From NCBI GenBank assembly GCA_000960865.2, contig JZWU02000009.1, forward strand, positions 1 through 49,946: a DNA stretch of 49,946 bases, written 5' to 3'. The stretch comes from Vulcanisaeta sp. AZ3. GTDB lineage: Archaea; Thermoproteota; Thermoprotei; Thermoproteales; Thermocladiaceae. Below the pieces are notes generated by a model that was not told the origin of the DNA, made no database searches, and saw nothing but the letters and a program-made list of their open reading frames with translations. Shown piece after piece: positions 39,053 to 48,664 of the stretch. The first letter of the stretch is position 1, and every line of letters begins with the position of its first letter. A program made the position numbers and the translations under genes.

Positions 39053-40474
39053 TTATTGATTAAGAAATCCAAGTCTTCTAAGCCTACTGAGTTCTTCATC
39101 GACTTGAGTTTTAACGGTGCTTAGTACCTCATTGCAATGATTAATAGTATTGATTGTTACTTCTCTAGCATAGCCAATGTAGCTATGTGGGTTTAGATTC
39201 ATGAGCATGGGATCGTCTGCTCCAAGCCTGCTCAATGCTTCAATGTATTCAGTTCTGCTCAATCTTAAGCCTCTGAATAGTGTGAGTGATTTTTCGTAAG
39301 CATCCTTCATACCCAATACCCTAAGCCTCACTTGGACTGCCTCGCTGAGGGTTTCCCAATGCTCATTTAATTCCTTGCTCATAACCTCTACATCAACCTT
39401 GATATTATTTAGTACACTAGTTAGTCTCTTGATACCTAGTATTACATGCCCAATCCCAAGACCTATGTTCCTCTTTATTGTAGAATCACTTAAGTCCCTC
39501 TGTAACCTACTTACCTGTATATATCTACTTATTTCCATGAGTATTGATGATCCAAGCTTAAAATTACCCTCCGCATTCTCTAAATCAACTGGGTTCACCT
39601 TATGAGGCATGGTTGAGGAGCCAACAGGCTTACCGCTCACATGCACATAACCAATCATATTATATAGCCACAAGTCCTGAGTCAAGTTAATGAGTGTCTG
39701 AGCCATTAGAGCTATTGATGTAAGTAAATGAGTTAATGAGTCAGCAGGTAATATCTGAGTCGTGACTAGAGCAGGCTCAAGGCCTAAGTCATGCACAAAA
39801 TTCATTAGTTCATCTAACCAATTAGCCTCATTAGTTATTACTTTAAAGCTTGCCAGCGATCCCGTGGCACCACTAACCTTACCCTGCAATTTAATGCTTA
39901 TGATCTCCCATAACCAATAACAAATCCTGTATGCATGATACGCCATCTCCTTACCGAAGGTTGTCGGTGTTGCTGGTTGTCCATGTGTCCTACCTAGCAT
40001 TGGCGTGTTCACATGTTCATTAGCTAGATGCGTTAGTGTGACTAATAGGTTCGTTAATTCAGGAATTAAGTGCTTATACACTGCGATTTTAATTAGGACG
40101 TTTAGGGCAAGGTTATTTACATCCTCAGACGTTAAACCCAAGTGAACTAGGCGGGCTATTTCACTAAGCCCTGCATTACTCAGCTTCTCCCTGAGCAAAT
40201 ACTCAGTGGCCTTAACATCATGTCCAAGCCTACCTTCGAGTTCCCTGAATCTAGCATAATCCTCGTCACTGAACTCAAGTGAGAGTAGTTTATCTCTTTC
40301 ATTACTCGTTAATGGCTTAACAATACCAACCTTACTTAATAAATTAATGAGAAAGTCCAGGTATAGAGTCTCAATACGTAACCTATACTTAACAAAGGCC
40401 CTTTCAGAAACAGATGTAGCAAAATCCCTTAACTCACTATAATACCTATCATCAAGCGGGCTTATGAAATCCAC
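39053..40474 (-). CDS. purB: Adenylosuccinate lyase
   Basis: SPLDDRY, HDVKA, LTSEDVNN, RTHGQPA, GSSTMPHKVNP. Confidence 0.93.
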   Translation of the reverse strand: MDFISPLDDRYYSELRDFATSVSERAFVKYRLRIETLYLDFLINLLSKVGIVKPLTSNERDKLLSLEFSDEDYARFRELEGRLGHDVKATEYLLREKLSNAGLSEIARLVHLGLTSEDVNNLALNVLIKIAVYKHLIPELTNLLVTLTHLANEHVNTPMLGRTHGQPATPTTFGKEMAYHAYRICYWLWEIISIKLQGKVSGATGSLASFKVITNEANWLDELMNFVHDLGLEPALVTTQILPADSLTHLLTSIALMAQTLINLTQDLWLYNMIGYVHVSGKPVGSSTMPHKVNPVDLENAEGNFKLGSSILMEISRYIQVSRLQRDLSDSTIKRNIGLGIGHVILGIKRLTSVLNNIKVDVEVMSKELNEHWETLSEAVQVRLRVLGMKDAYEKSLTLFRGLRLSRTEYIEALSRLGADDPMLMNLNPHSYIGYAREVTINTINHCNEVLSTVKTQVDEELSRLRRLGFLNQ

Positions 40475-40586
40475 AAAACTCTATGCATTACATGACTTTA
40501 AAAACATCATTAGAGGCCTTAAACTACGTATTACACGTATTCCCAATAGCAAGGCTTAAATAATATCTACACTATTTAGTTAAAAA

Positions 40587-41603
40587 GTGCCGTTAACAGT
40601 AATTATTGGCGGATTCTTCGGCGATGAGGGTAAGGGTAAGGTCGTATCATACCTAGGGCTTGCTGACGGCCCCAGGATATGCGTTAGGACAGGATCTATC
40701 AATGCTGGACATACGGTGACTCACAACGGTAAGACTTGGAAGCTCAGGATAATACCCTCATGCTTCTTGAATGAATCGACAAGGCTCATGATAGCCCCAG
40801 GAGCCCTATTCAAGATTGATGCATTTCTGAGAGAAATTGAGGAGACAAATTCCCGTGGTAGGGTCTGGGTTGATGCTAATGCGGGCATTATTGAGGATAA
40901 ACATGTTGAGAGCGAGAGGAGTAATGAGTATTTAATGAAGACCATAGGGTCCACAGGGCAGGGCGTTGGCGCCGCCATGGTGGATAGAGTTCTCAGGACA
41001 CTGAGGACTGCTAAGGATTTCCCAGAGTTGAGGGATTTCATAACTGATGTTGCTAAGGAGGTGAATGAGGAGTTAGATAGAGGTGGTTTAGTAATTGTCG
41101 AGGGGACTCAGGGCACATATCTAAGTCTTTACCATGGCACATACCCATTCGTAACCTCCAGAGACACTACGGCAGCCGGAGTAATTAGTGAGGTTGGCGT
41201 TAGTCCTAGGCTCGTGAGTGACATTATTCTCGTATTTAAATCCTACGTAACAAGGGTAGGCTCAGGCGAGTTACCAAGCGAATTGAGTCAGGAAGAGGTT
41301 ATTGCTAAAGGTTGGGTTGAAAGAGGTACGGTGACAGGAAGACCCAGGCGTGCAGCTCCATTCAACATTGACCTAGCCAGGAGGGCTGTAATGCTAAATA
41401 AACCAACACAAATAGCCATCACAAAGCTAGACGCCCTATTCCCAGAGGCCCATGGTAAGAGGAAGTGGGATGACTTACCGGTTGAGGCTAGGAGGTGGAT
41501 TGAGGATACTATGGAGAAACTGAGAGTTCCAATAACTCTCATTGGGACTGGTGAGGATTCTGTGGACATGATTGACCTCAGGCGTGAGGTGATGGGTCCA
41601 TGA
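40587..41603 (+). CDS. purA: Adenylosuccinate synthetase (short archaeal type)
   Basis: FGDEGKGK, NAGHT, EGTQG, YPFVTS, TVTGRPRR. Confidence 0.95.
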   Translation: MPLTVIIGGFFGDEGKGKVVSYLGLADGPRICVRTGSINAGHTVTHNGKTWKLRIIPSCFLNESTRLMIAPGALFKIDAFLREIEETNSRGRVWVDANAGIIEDKHVESERSNEYLMKTIGSTGQGVGAAMVDRVLRTLRTAKDFPELRDFITDVAKEVNEELDRGGLVIVEGTQGTYLSLYHGTYPFVTSRDTTAAGVISEVGVSPRLVSDIILVFKSYVTRVGSGELPSELSQEEVIAKGWVERGTVTGRPRRAAPFNIDLARRAVMLNKPTQIAITKLDALFPEAHGKRKWDDLPVEARRWIEDTMEKLRVPITLIGTGEDSVDMIDLRREVMGP

Positions 41604-43018
41604 AGTATGACGTGGCAATAATCGGCGGCGGACCGGCGGGATTATTTGCTGCCTACGAGATTGTAGAAAATACTAAGGACGTAAGTGTGGTGCTGATCGA
41701 TAAGGGCTATATGCCGAGACAGAGACATTGTCCGCTGGCCAGGATTGGTAGGTGTGTTTGTGTTCCCTGTCATATAACACACGGCATTGGTGGAGCTGGG
41801 CTCTTTAGTAGTGGTATTATTAACCTAAGGCCTGACATAGGCGGAGACCTCCAGGAATTACTAAGCAGCTGGGATTCCGCAAATCTACTCATTAATTACA
41901 TAGATAATGTATTCGTAAAGTTCGGAGCACCCCAGGATAGAGTCTTTGAACCGAGAGGACCTGCCTTTGAGGAGTACCGAAGGTCCTTAGCTCGTGTTGG
42001 CGCCCAGCTTGTGCCTATTAGACAGAGGCACATTGGGACTGATGGTTCTATCAGAGTTATTGAGAGCTTCACTAACTACCTAAGTGAGGCTGGTGTTAAG
42101 TTTATCACTGGTTTGGCTGTGGAACATGTGGATAAGCAAGGAGATACCTTCATCTTGAGAACTAGGAGAGGTACGATTGAGGCAAGTACAATACTCATAG
42201 CACCTGGAAGAGCTGGTGCCGAGTGGTTTAGGGATGAGGCGAGGAGGTTAGGTGTTGAGTTAATACCGAATCCTCTAGATGTCGGTGTTAGAGTTGAGGT
42301 TCCGAAATACGTAATGGACCCACTCACAGACCTCTACATGGACCCGAAGATAATAATGTACACGAAAGCCCATGATGATAAAGTCAGGACATTCTGCACG
42401 AACCCAGGAGGCTTCATAGTCATGGAAAGGTACGATGATGGAACTGTGGGCGTTAATGGAGAGACCTATGTGGACAGGAAGAGCAGCAACACGAACTTTG
42501 CCCTACTAACCTCAATAAGGCTCACAGACCCAATGGAGGACACTATTGAGTATGGTAAGTCAATAGCAAGACTAGCCACAAAGCTTGGCGGTGGTAAACC
42601 AATAATCCAGAGGTTGGGGGATCTTGAGGATGGTAGGAGGTCTACTTGGGATAGGATTAGGAGGAATGTCATAGAACCAACGCTCAAGGTTGTAACCCCA
42701 GGTGATATAAGCATGGCATTACCAGGAAGAGCTTTAGATAATATACTCGAGTTCATGGATAAGGTTGGTAATATGGTGCCAGGACTTGCATCTAAATACA
42801 CATTACTTTACGCACCTGAGATTAAGTACTACAGCATGAGGGCTGTGGTTAATAAATTAATGGAGACTACAATAGATGGAGTATTCGCAGCAGGGGATGG
42901 AGCTGGTCTATCCAGAGGTATAAATGTAGCCGCAGCCACAGGAGTCCTAGCCGCCTGGGGCATATTAACAAAACTAGGTAAAGATATCAAGAACGAACTA
43001 ATAAATAAAACAATATGA
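41600..43018 (+). CDS. NAD(P)/FAD-dependent oxidoreductase
   Basis: GGGPAG, Cys-rich CP...CVCVPC, GIGGAG, RHIGTD, RTFCTNPGG, GDGAG. Confidence 0.8.
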   Translation: MKYDVAIIGGGPAGLFAAYEIVENTKDVSVVLIDKGYMPRQRHCPLARIGRCVCVPCHITHGIGGAGLFSSGIINLRPDIGGDLQELLSSWDSANLLINYIDNVFVKFGAPQDRVFEPRGPAFEEYRRSLARVGAQLVPIRQRHIGTDGSIRVIESFTNYLSEAGVKFITGLAVEHVDKQGDTFILRTRRGTIEASTILIAPGRAGAEWFRDEARRLGVELIPNPLDVGVRVEVPKYVMDPLTDLYMDPKIIMYTKAHDDKVRTFCTNPGGFIVMERYDDGTVGVNGETYVDRKSSNTNFALLTSIRLTDPMEDTIEYGKSIARLATKLGGGKPIIQRLGDLEDGRRSTWDRIRRNVIEPTLKVVTPGDISMALPGRALDNILEFMDKVGNMVPGLASKYTLLYAPEIKYYSMRAVVNKLMETTIDGVFAAGDGAGLSRGINVAAATGVLAAWGILTKLGKDIKNELINKTI

Positions 43019-43046
43019 AACAAGCCCTCAATATCGAGGCTCGCTC

Positions 43047-44222
43047 CTAATCATGAACCTCCCTCGGCGCTCTCCTACCTAGCATCACTGTTGATATGAA
43101 CGCCAAAATAGCACAAATCATCAATACATAACCAAGACCAATACCAAGATTTACGGCGAAAAAGGCAGCTATGAGAGGTGGACCAACACCACCCAATAAC
43201 CTGCCAAGGAGAAAGGTGAAGTTAGACGCTGTAGCCCTAACCCTCGTCGGATATAATTCACTTACCCAAACACCCAGGTATGCAAATATTGATGATGAGA
43301 AGTAAGCAAGGGCTATGGGCACTACGGCATAGCTAGGAAATGTCTGAGATACCACGAGTAAGGTTATTGCGGTCACAAGAGCCACAAGACTAAGCATCAT
43401 CAATACATCGGCCCTACCATAAATGTCCGAGGCATAACCAGCCACTACGTAAGCCAAGATACCAATCAGTGGTAAAACCGTAAGCCACACACCAAGCCCA
43501 GGAAGTTTAAGCGCATCTAGGTACGTTGGTGCAAGACTCACCAACGGTATTGTGTAAAGGAACGCCGAAGCCACGAGTACAGTACTTAACACCGTAACCA
43601 ACAGAAGAGAGCCTCTAAACAACTCACTATAATGAACCCCAGAAATTCCAACTCTATGTGTGGTCTCGGGTACGAACATTACAGCAATTAATGAGGAGAT
43701 CAATGAGATTAAGCCAACCATCAATAACATAAGTCGCCAATCCCTAATCAACTCAGCCATAATAGCATCAAGCAATAACCCGGCGAAATAAACACCCTGA
43801 AGAAAACCACCCATTAAACCCCTACCACTCCTCCAATTCTCAATAACCACAGCATAGGTAATCCCATTCTCAGCATTTACACCAAAACCAACCATAAACC
43901 AGAATAAATATAACACCCAAAGAGTTGAAACAAAACTTGCAATTATTGTGAATACAGAGAACATAATTATAGATATTAAGAGCCCAATACGCCTACCATA
44001 GGCATCAGCCACCATCCCAAGCACAACCCCACCAACAGCCCCACCAATGAATGAAAGAGTAACAAGAAAAGATAACACATCAACACCAACATGAAACGCC
44101 AGGGAAAGCTCAGGAAATAAATAAACAATAGAGAATACGCAAAAGGCGCTCATAAGAAACGGGATTAAAACACCAATAAAAACCAAGGGCCTACCATGAT
44201 TCACAACAATAAAGAGAACCAC
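43047..44222 (-). CDS. MFS transporter
   Basis: GMVADAYGRR, GYASDIYGR, SELYPTRVRATA. Start uncertain. Confidence 0.88.
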   Translation of the reverse strand: MVLFIVVNHGRPLVFIGVLIPFLMSAFCVFSIVYLFPELSLAFHVGVDVLSFLVTLSFIGGAVGGVVLGMVADAYGRRIGLLISIIMFSVFTIIASFVSTLWVLYLFWFMVGFGVNAENGITYAVVIENWRSGRGLMGGFLQGVYFAGLLLDAIMAELIRDWRLMLLMVGLISLISSLIAVMFVPETTHRVGISGVHYSELFRGSLLLVTVLSTVLVASAFLYTIPLVSLAPTYLDALKLPGLGVWLTVLPLIGILAYVVAGYASDIYGRADVLMMLSLVALVTAITLLVVSQTFPSYAVVPIALAYFSSSIFAYLGVWVSELYPTRVRATASNFTFLLGRLLGGVGPPLIAAFFAVNLGIGLGYVLMICAILAFISTVMLGRRAPREVHD

Positions 44223-44321
44223 ATCCTAATAAGCATTATCCGCATAAGACAACGTGAGCCATAAACGAAAATTACGTTAAATAACGAGAAAGACTTAAAA
44301 ATACGGAAACGAAAAAGACAC

Positions 44322-44436
44322 GCCGGGGTGGCCGAGTGGTCAAGGCGTCACTGCCACAAGGCAGCGCCAAGGGCTGCAGAGTCTAGTAATGAGGAAACCC
44401 GATTTTTCCCGGGTTCGAATCCCGGCCCCGGCTCCA
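44322..44436 (+). tRNA. tRNA-Cys(GCA) with two introns: 21 nt at 28/29 (44350-44370) and 17 nt at 37/38 (44380-44396); CCA encoded
   Basis: Acceptor GCCGGGG/CCCCGGC, U73, CCA; anticodon stem TC^GGG/CCCGA; loop CT-GCA-G^A; T arm CCGGG-TTCGAAT-CCCGG. Confidence 0.92.
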
Positions 44437-44697
44437 AATACACCTCCTTTTGAGTTTAGCAACAATTATTAATGTAATAATCCTTGTGTAATGGGATCGT
44501 TAGGCATTAAATTGTTGCGTAAGTCTCCTTATCTAGTGGAATGAGTTACTTTATGAATAATAAACATGAATTAATATTATTAATGAAAGATCGTGATAAT
44601 TAAAGTCACGTATCTTTTGCTTTATAAATCCTTATTTTTGGTGCTTTTTTTGCATCCATAGTGGCATTTTAATAAATCTGATTATACGTGCATTCGT

Positions 44698-45117
44698 ATG
44701 AGTTCAAGTAAGGAGAAGATAAGTATGATCGTGTTCTCCGGCACGGAGGACAAACTAATACCCGTTGGCGTTCTCACTCAAGCAGCTGCTATGTTAGGTT
44801 ACGAGGTCCAAATATTCTTCACTGGTTGGGCAATGTTTAGGCTACTAAAGAATCCTCCACCACCTGTTTGGCCTAAGGAATTTGAGCAGTTCGTGCCTAG
44901 GCTACAGGAAGGCCTTGCCCGTATGAAGGCCCCTACATGGGTTGATGCATTAAAGGAAGCTAAGGCCATGGGAAACGTAAAGGTTTATGTATGTTCACTA
45001 ATGGCGCAAGCTGCTGGATTGAAGAAGGAGGACTTTGACCAGTCGTTAGTTGATGACGTCGTTGGTGCAACAACATTCATAGAAAATGCTAGAGGTGGTC
45101 AAGTACTATTCATATAA
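44698..45117 (+). CDS. DsrE/DsrF/DrsH-like sulfurtransferase (DsrE2 type)
   Basis: MIVFSGTEDK, AAAMLG.EV.IFFTGW, VYVCSL, VVGATTF, LFI C-terminus. Confidence 0.87.
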   Translation: MSSSKEKISMIVFSGTEDKLIPVGVLTQAAAMLGYEVQIFFTGWAMFRLLKNPPPPVWPKEFEQFVPRLQEGLARMKAPTWVDALKEAKAMGNVKVYVCSLMAQAAGLKKEDFDQSLVDDVVGATTFIENARGGQVLFI

Positions 45118-45127
45118 GGTGATGCAC

Positions 45128-45385
45128 ATGAGCCAGGAGAATAGAATATTTATCGACGTAACAGGGGGGAGTTCCTGCGCAAGTTTCTGCTTAGGGCCTA
45201 TCATTGCAATTGCTAAGGCTTATAAGAATGCCAAGAATGGCGATATAATCGAAGTTTGGGCTGATAACCCGGGTTTTGAGTCTGACGTGAAGGCTTGGAT
45301 TCAGAGAACTGGCAATCAACTCCTTGAACTTAGGAAGGATCCAGATAAGACAGTGGCTGTGATTAAGGTTACTGCAAAGAAATGA
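45128..45385 (+). CDS. tusA: TusA/SirA-family sulfur carrier, copy 1
   Basis: IDVTG...C..PII, GDIIEVWADNPGFESDVKAW...G..L; AGGTGA SD-like motif upstream. Confidence 0.8.
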   Translation: MSQENRIFIDVTGGSSCASFCLGPIIAIAKAYKNAKNGDIIEVWADNPGFESDVKAWIQRTGNQLLELRKDPDKTVAVIKVTAKK

Positions 45386-45583
45386 ATACAATACATTGCT
45401 GCGGTATATCTTAAAAGAAAAGTTTCTTTTATAACCTTGAGCTTTTATATAAACCCCATGAATTACATCATGATAATATTATCAAGAGATAACGGCTATA
45501 CATTTAATTCTATAGATCTGAGTGCATTTTCAGTACACTTTCAATGCATTTTTATATAAACCTAGTTATTCATGTAATTTGCT

Positions 45584-45820
45584 ATGAGTCAGGAAAATAG
45601 AATATTAGTTGATGCTAGGGGAGGTTCCTGTTCAAGTCCTATTATCATGATTGTTCAGGCGTATCAGAATGCTCATAATGGCGACATACTTGAGATTTGG
45701 ACAAATCCGGGTTTTGAGTCCGTCGTGGAGGCAGTATTTCAGAATACTGGTGGTCAAATACTTGAGCTTAGGAGAGAGCAGGATATAGTAATAGCTGTTG
45801 TTAAAGTGAAGAAAACTTAG
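45584..45820 (+). CDS. tusA: TusA/SirA-family sulfur carrier, copy 2 (diverged tandem duplicate)
   Basis: MSQENRI..D..GGS.C..PII...AY.NA.NGDI.E.W.NPGFES shared with copy 1. Confidence 0.75.
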   Translation: MSQENRILVDARGGSCSSPIIMIVQAYQNAHNGDILEIWTNPGFESVVEAVFQNTGGQILELRREQDIVIAVVKVKKT

Positions 45821-45866
45821 CCATTCCATCACTGGTTGTTTAAGTGCACCTTAAGGTGCCCTAAAG

Positions 45867-46742
45867 TTAGGGAGTTTCGGTCTTTGTGTAGATTATATAT
45901 GCCTTAAGTTCATTAATATTCTCATTCACTTTTTCATTGTATTGCTTAAGTATTAATCCATCTTCACTAAGTGTTAATACGTATGCTTTTAAATAATTAC
46001 TCAATTGTGGTTTTTCTCTCAGGGTCATTACTCGTATAATCAAGCCACCCCTCTTATACGAAATATTATCCTCTCTACCCATTAATAATAATTCTAATGC
46101 GGCTTGTATTGGCGAAACTCCAATAACTCTATAAATTATGATTGGTTCATTCGAGTTATATATCGCATCTAAATATGGTTTAACCGCATCGATATCGAGC
46201 AAGGAATCCATGACCAATGCCACAGAACCACCATTACTAATCACGGTATACACAATATCCGCAAAACCTCCAGGCTCATAACTAATAATTTTCTGCATTG
46301 CACAGGTACATTTTGTAAATTCTAGATAACTCGTTGGTACACTATCCGTGTAAAAGGCCACGGCGCTCGCCCTAAGCACCTTGTAAATTCTAAACGTCAT
46401 ACTTGATAATGTACCAATCCCAACATCAATTATGTATAGGCCAGGTGTCACGTCAACTCTATCGTGAGTGAGGTTCTTGAAATTCAACCTATACATATGC
46501 CTCCTCTTGCCCTTAACATCCAAATACGCATCTAACAGTTCCTTTTTACGTAATATATTAATTGCATTCCTAGCAGTTCTAGCGCCTAGTCCAGTTCCCT
46601 CAACAATCTCCTTAAATGTTACATAAGACTTATTATTTATTAAGTGCTCAAACTCCAAATAATTAATTACCAATCTAGCAGATAATGGTAATTCCGTAAG
46701 GACGTCGGCAGACTCTTCTCTTCCCTCAATATTATCAACCAC
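45867..46742 (-). CDS. Winged-HTH protein fused to a degenerate tetrapyrrole (corrin) methyltransferase-like domain
   Basis: N-terminal LPLSARLV...TFKEIVEGTGLGARTARNAINILRKKELL...YRL; then LYIIDVGIG...MTFR...L..S....Y.DS.V and VIGVSPIQAA. Confidence 0.7.
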   Translation of the reverse strand: MVDNIEGREESADVLTELPLSARLVINYLEFEHLINNKSYVTFKEIVEGTGLGARTARNAINILRKKELLDAYLDVKGKRRHMYRLNFKNLTHDRVDVTPGLYIIDVGIGTLSSMTFRIYKVLRASAVAFYTDSVPTSYLEFTKCTCAMQKIISYEPGGFADIVYTVISNGGSVALVMDSLLDIDAVKPYLDAIYNSNEPIIIYRVIGVSPIQAALELLLMGREDNISYKRGGLIIRVMTLREKPQLSNYLKAYVLTLSEDGLILKQYNEKVNENINELKAYIIYTKTETP

Positions 46743-46800
46743 AACCTCTTAGATTAAAGCTAAATTAAATAATTTTCTTGCATAATTAATTTTTGACGCC

Positions 46801-47808
46801 TTATTTTCTATTCTGCCCAAACTTCTTAGTTATATAATTATAGGCTGAGTAGGCTGCAAGAGCACCCTGCCCAGCAGCCACCACTATCTGCCTAAAATCC
46901 CTAGGCGTTAAATCTACACAGTCACCTGCTGCGTAAATCCCTGGTATGCTCGTTTCCATTAAGTAATTAACCTTTATGTAGCCACTCTGCGATAGCTCAA
47001 GGCCTATCCTCTTAAATAAATCCACGGGTGGATCAGCACCTATCTCAACAAATAAGCCATCCAATGGTAATTCAAAAACCTCCTTAGTATCAACTCTCTG
47101 CAGTATTGCCTTCCTCAATAGTTTATCGCCTTGTAACTCCTTAACTACGGTGTTCCATAAAATCTCAATCTTCGGATTCTTAAACAGTAAATCTTGGTAA
47201 TACTTCTCTGCCCTTAGCTCGTTTCTCCTATGTATAATGTAAACCTTACTCGCATACTCCGTTAGGAGCAATGCGGCTGAGGCTGCCGAGTCACCTCCAC
47301 CAACCACAGCCACAACCTTACCCTTAAACAATGGTGCATCACATGGTGCACAATAACTCACACCCCTACCGTTATAAGTATCCTCACCAGGTACGTTAAG
47401 CTTCCTTCTCTCTTCCCCAACGGTAATTATTACTGTTCTACTCGTGTACGTGTCGCCATTCAGAGTACTCACATTAAATAGGTCGCCATCCCTCTCAACA
47501 TTCTCCGCAGAATCGATTATTATTGGTACATTGTAATACTTAACATGTTCCTCAAACTTTGCCACTAAATCAGGCCCAGTTATCCTCGTATAGCCTAGGT
47601 AATTCTCAACCCAGCCGGCCTTACCCACCTGGCCTCCAATCTCCTCAGTAATAATTATGGTGCTTAACCCATACCTAGCTGCATAAATAGCTGCAGATAA
47701 TCCGGCAGGGCCTCCACCTATTATTATCACATCATGAACCTTACTAGTCAGTTCCTCATTAACGCCGAAATCCATTTTAGTAACTGAGACCTTCAATGCA
47801 TTGCTCAT
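46801..47808 (-). CDS. trxB: Thioredoxin reductase
   Basis: GGGPAG, GVSYCAPCD, VGGGDSA, HRR, YAAGD. Confidence 0.93.
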   Translation of the reverse strand: MSNALKVSVTKMDFGVNEELTSKVHDVIIIGGGPAGLSAAIYAARYGLSTIIITEEIGGQVGKAGWVENYLGYTRITGPDLVAKFEEHVKYYNVPIIIDSAENVERDGDLFNVSTLNGDTYTSRTVIITVGEERRKLNVPGEDTYNGRGVSYCAPCDAPLFKGKVVAVVGGGDSAASAALLLTEYASKVYIIHRRNELRAEKYYQDLLFKNPKIEILWNTVVKELQGDKLLRKAILQRVDTKEVFELPLDGLFVEIGADPPVDLFKRIGLELSQSGYIKVNYLMETSIPGIYAAGDCVDLTPRDFRQIVVAAGQGALAAYSAYNYITKKFGQNRK

Positions 47809-48178
47809 TATGGCAGAATGGCATTGTATGTATTAAAAAACTAACGCGGCTAATCATAAATGGCAGTCCCCAGTCACAGACCTCACGAGCTTTTGAATGT
47901 TCTTCCAAAGCACAGTATTAAAATGCGAATTTTACATTAATCTCCATGCCAATAACGCTATATCTTCGTCCCTAATTTATACCGTAGATTTCGAGGCAGA
48001 GATAAACAAGGTTGGAGTTTCTCAGTAATCTTTAAAGTAGCACCTTACAATCTTGATGAACATAAGAGATTCAATAAATTTTATGTTTATTCAATGATTA
48101 TGTTTCTTTACCTAGAACTCCCTGGATTTCCTCGAAACCATCGTCAATATTTACTACCTCATTTTAAGTTAAATTAAT

Positions 48179-48664
48179 ATGTTGGATTATATTCACAATA
48201 ATATGGTTAAGACCAGTAAGGATATAGTCATGGGAGTACCTGTTGAAGTGCTAGAATTTGAGCAAGGAGTTGAGACTGTTGAATCAGCATCAAGGGAGAG
48301 CGGTGAGCCCATTAGTAAGATTGTGAAGACTCTCCTAATTAAGGCCGGGAATGAATATGCAGTTATGCTTGTTAGGGGTGATAAACGCGTTGATCTTAAC
48401 AAACTCTCACAATTACTAGGTAAGGAGGTAGTCATGGCCAAGGCTAAGGAGGTTAAGCAAGTTCTTGGTGTTGAAGTTGGCGCCGTAACTCCATTGAGCG
48501 AACATGTAAAATTATTGAAAGTTATAATGGATCCTTCAATACTTGAAAACGAGTATATACTCTGTGGCGGTGGTTCTAAGAATAAATTATTTAGGGTTAA
48601 CGTTAAGGACCTTGTTCAGTTATTAAAGCCAGAGTTCTTAGACGCGTTTACTCAGGTTTCATAA
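48179..48664 (+). CDS. YbaK/EbsC aminoacyl-tRNA deacylase family
   Basis: IVKTLL, GDKRVD, GVEVGAVTP, CGGG. Start may be further downstream. Confidence 0.85.
   Translation: MLDYIHNNMVKTSKDIVMGVPVEVLEFEQGVETVESASRESGEPISKIVKTLLIKAGNEYAVMLVRGDKRVDLNKLSQLLGKEVVMAKAKEVKQVLGVEVGAVTPLSEHVKLLKVIMDPSILENEYILCGGGSKNKLFRVNVKDLVQLLKPEFLDAFTQVS

Noticed and set aside
43023-43041. Small hairpin between convergent genes
   Set aside because: Short, bulged and without a T tract; cannot be supported as a terminator.
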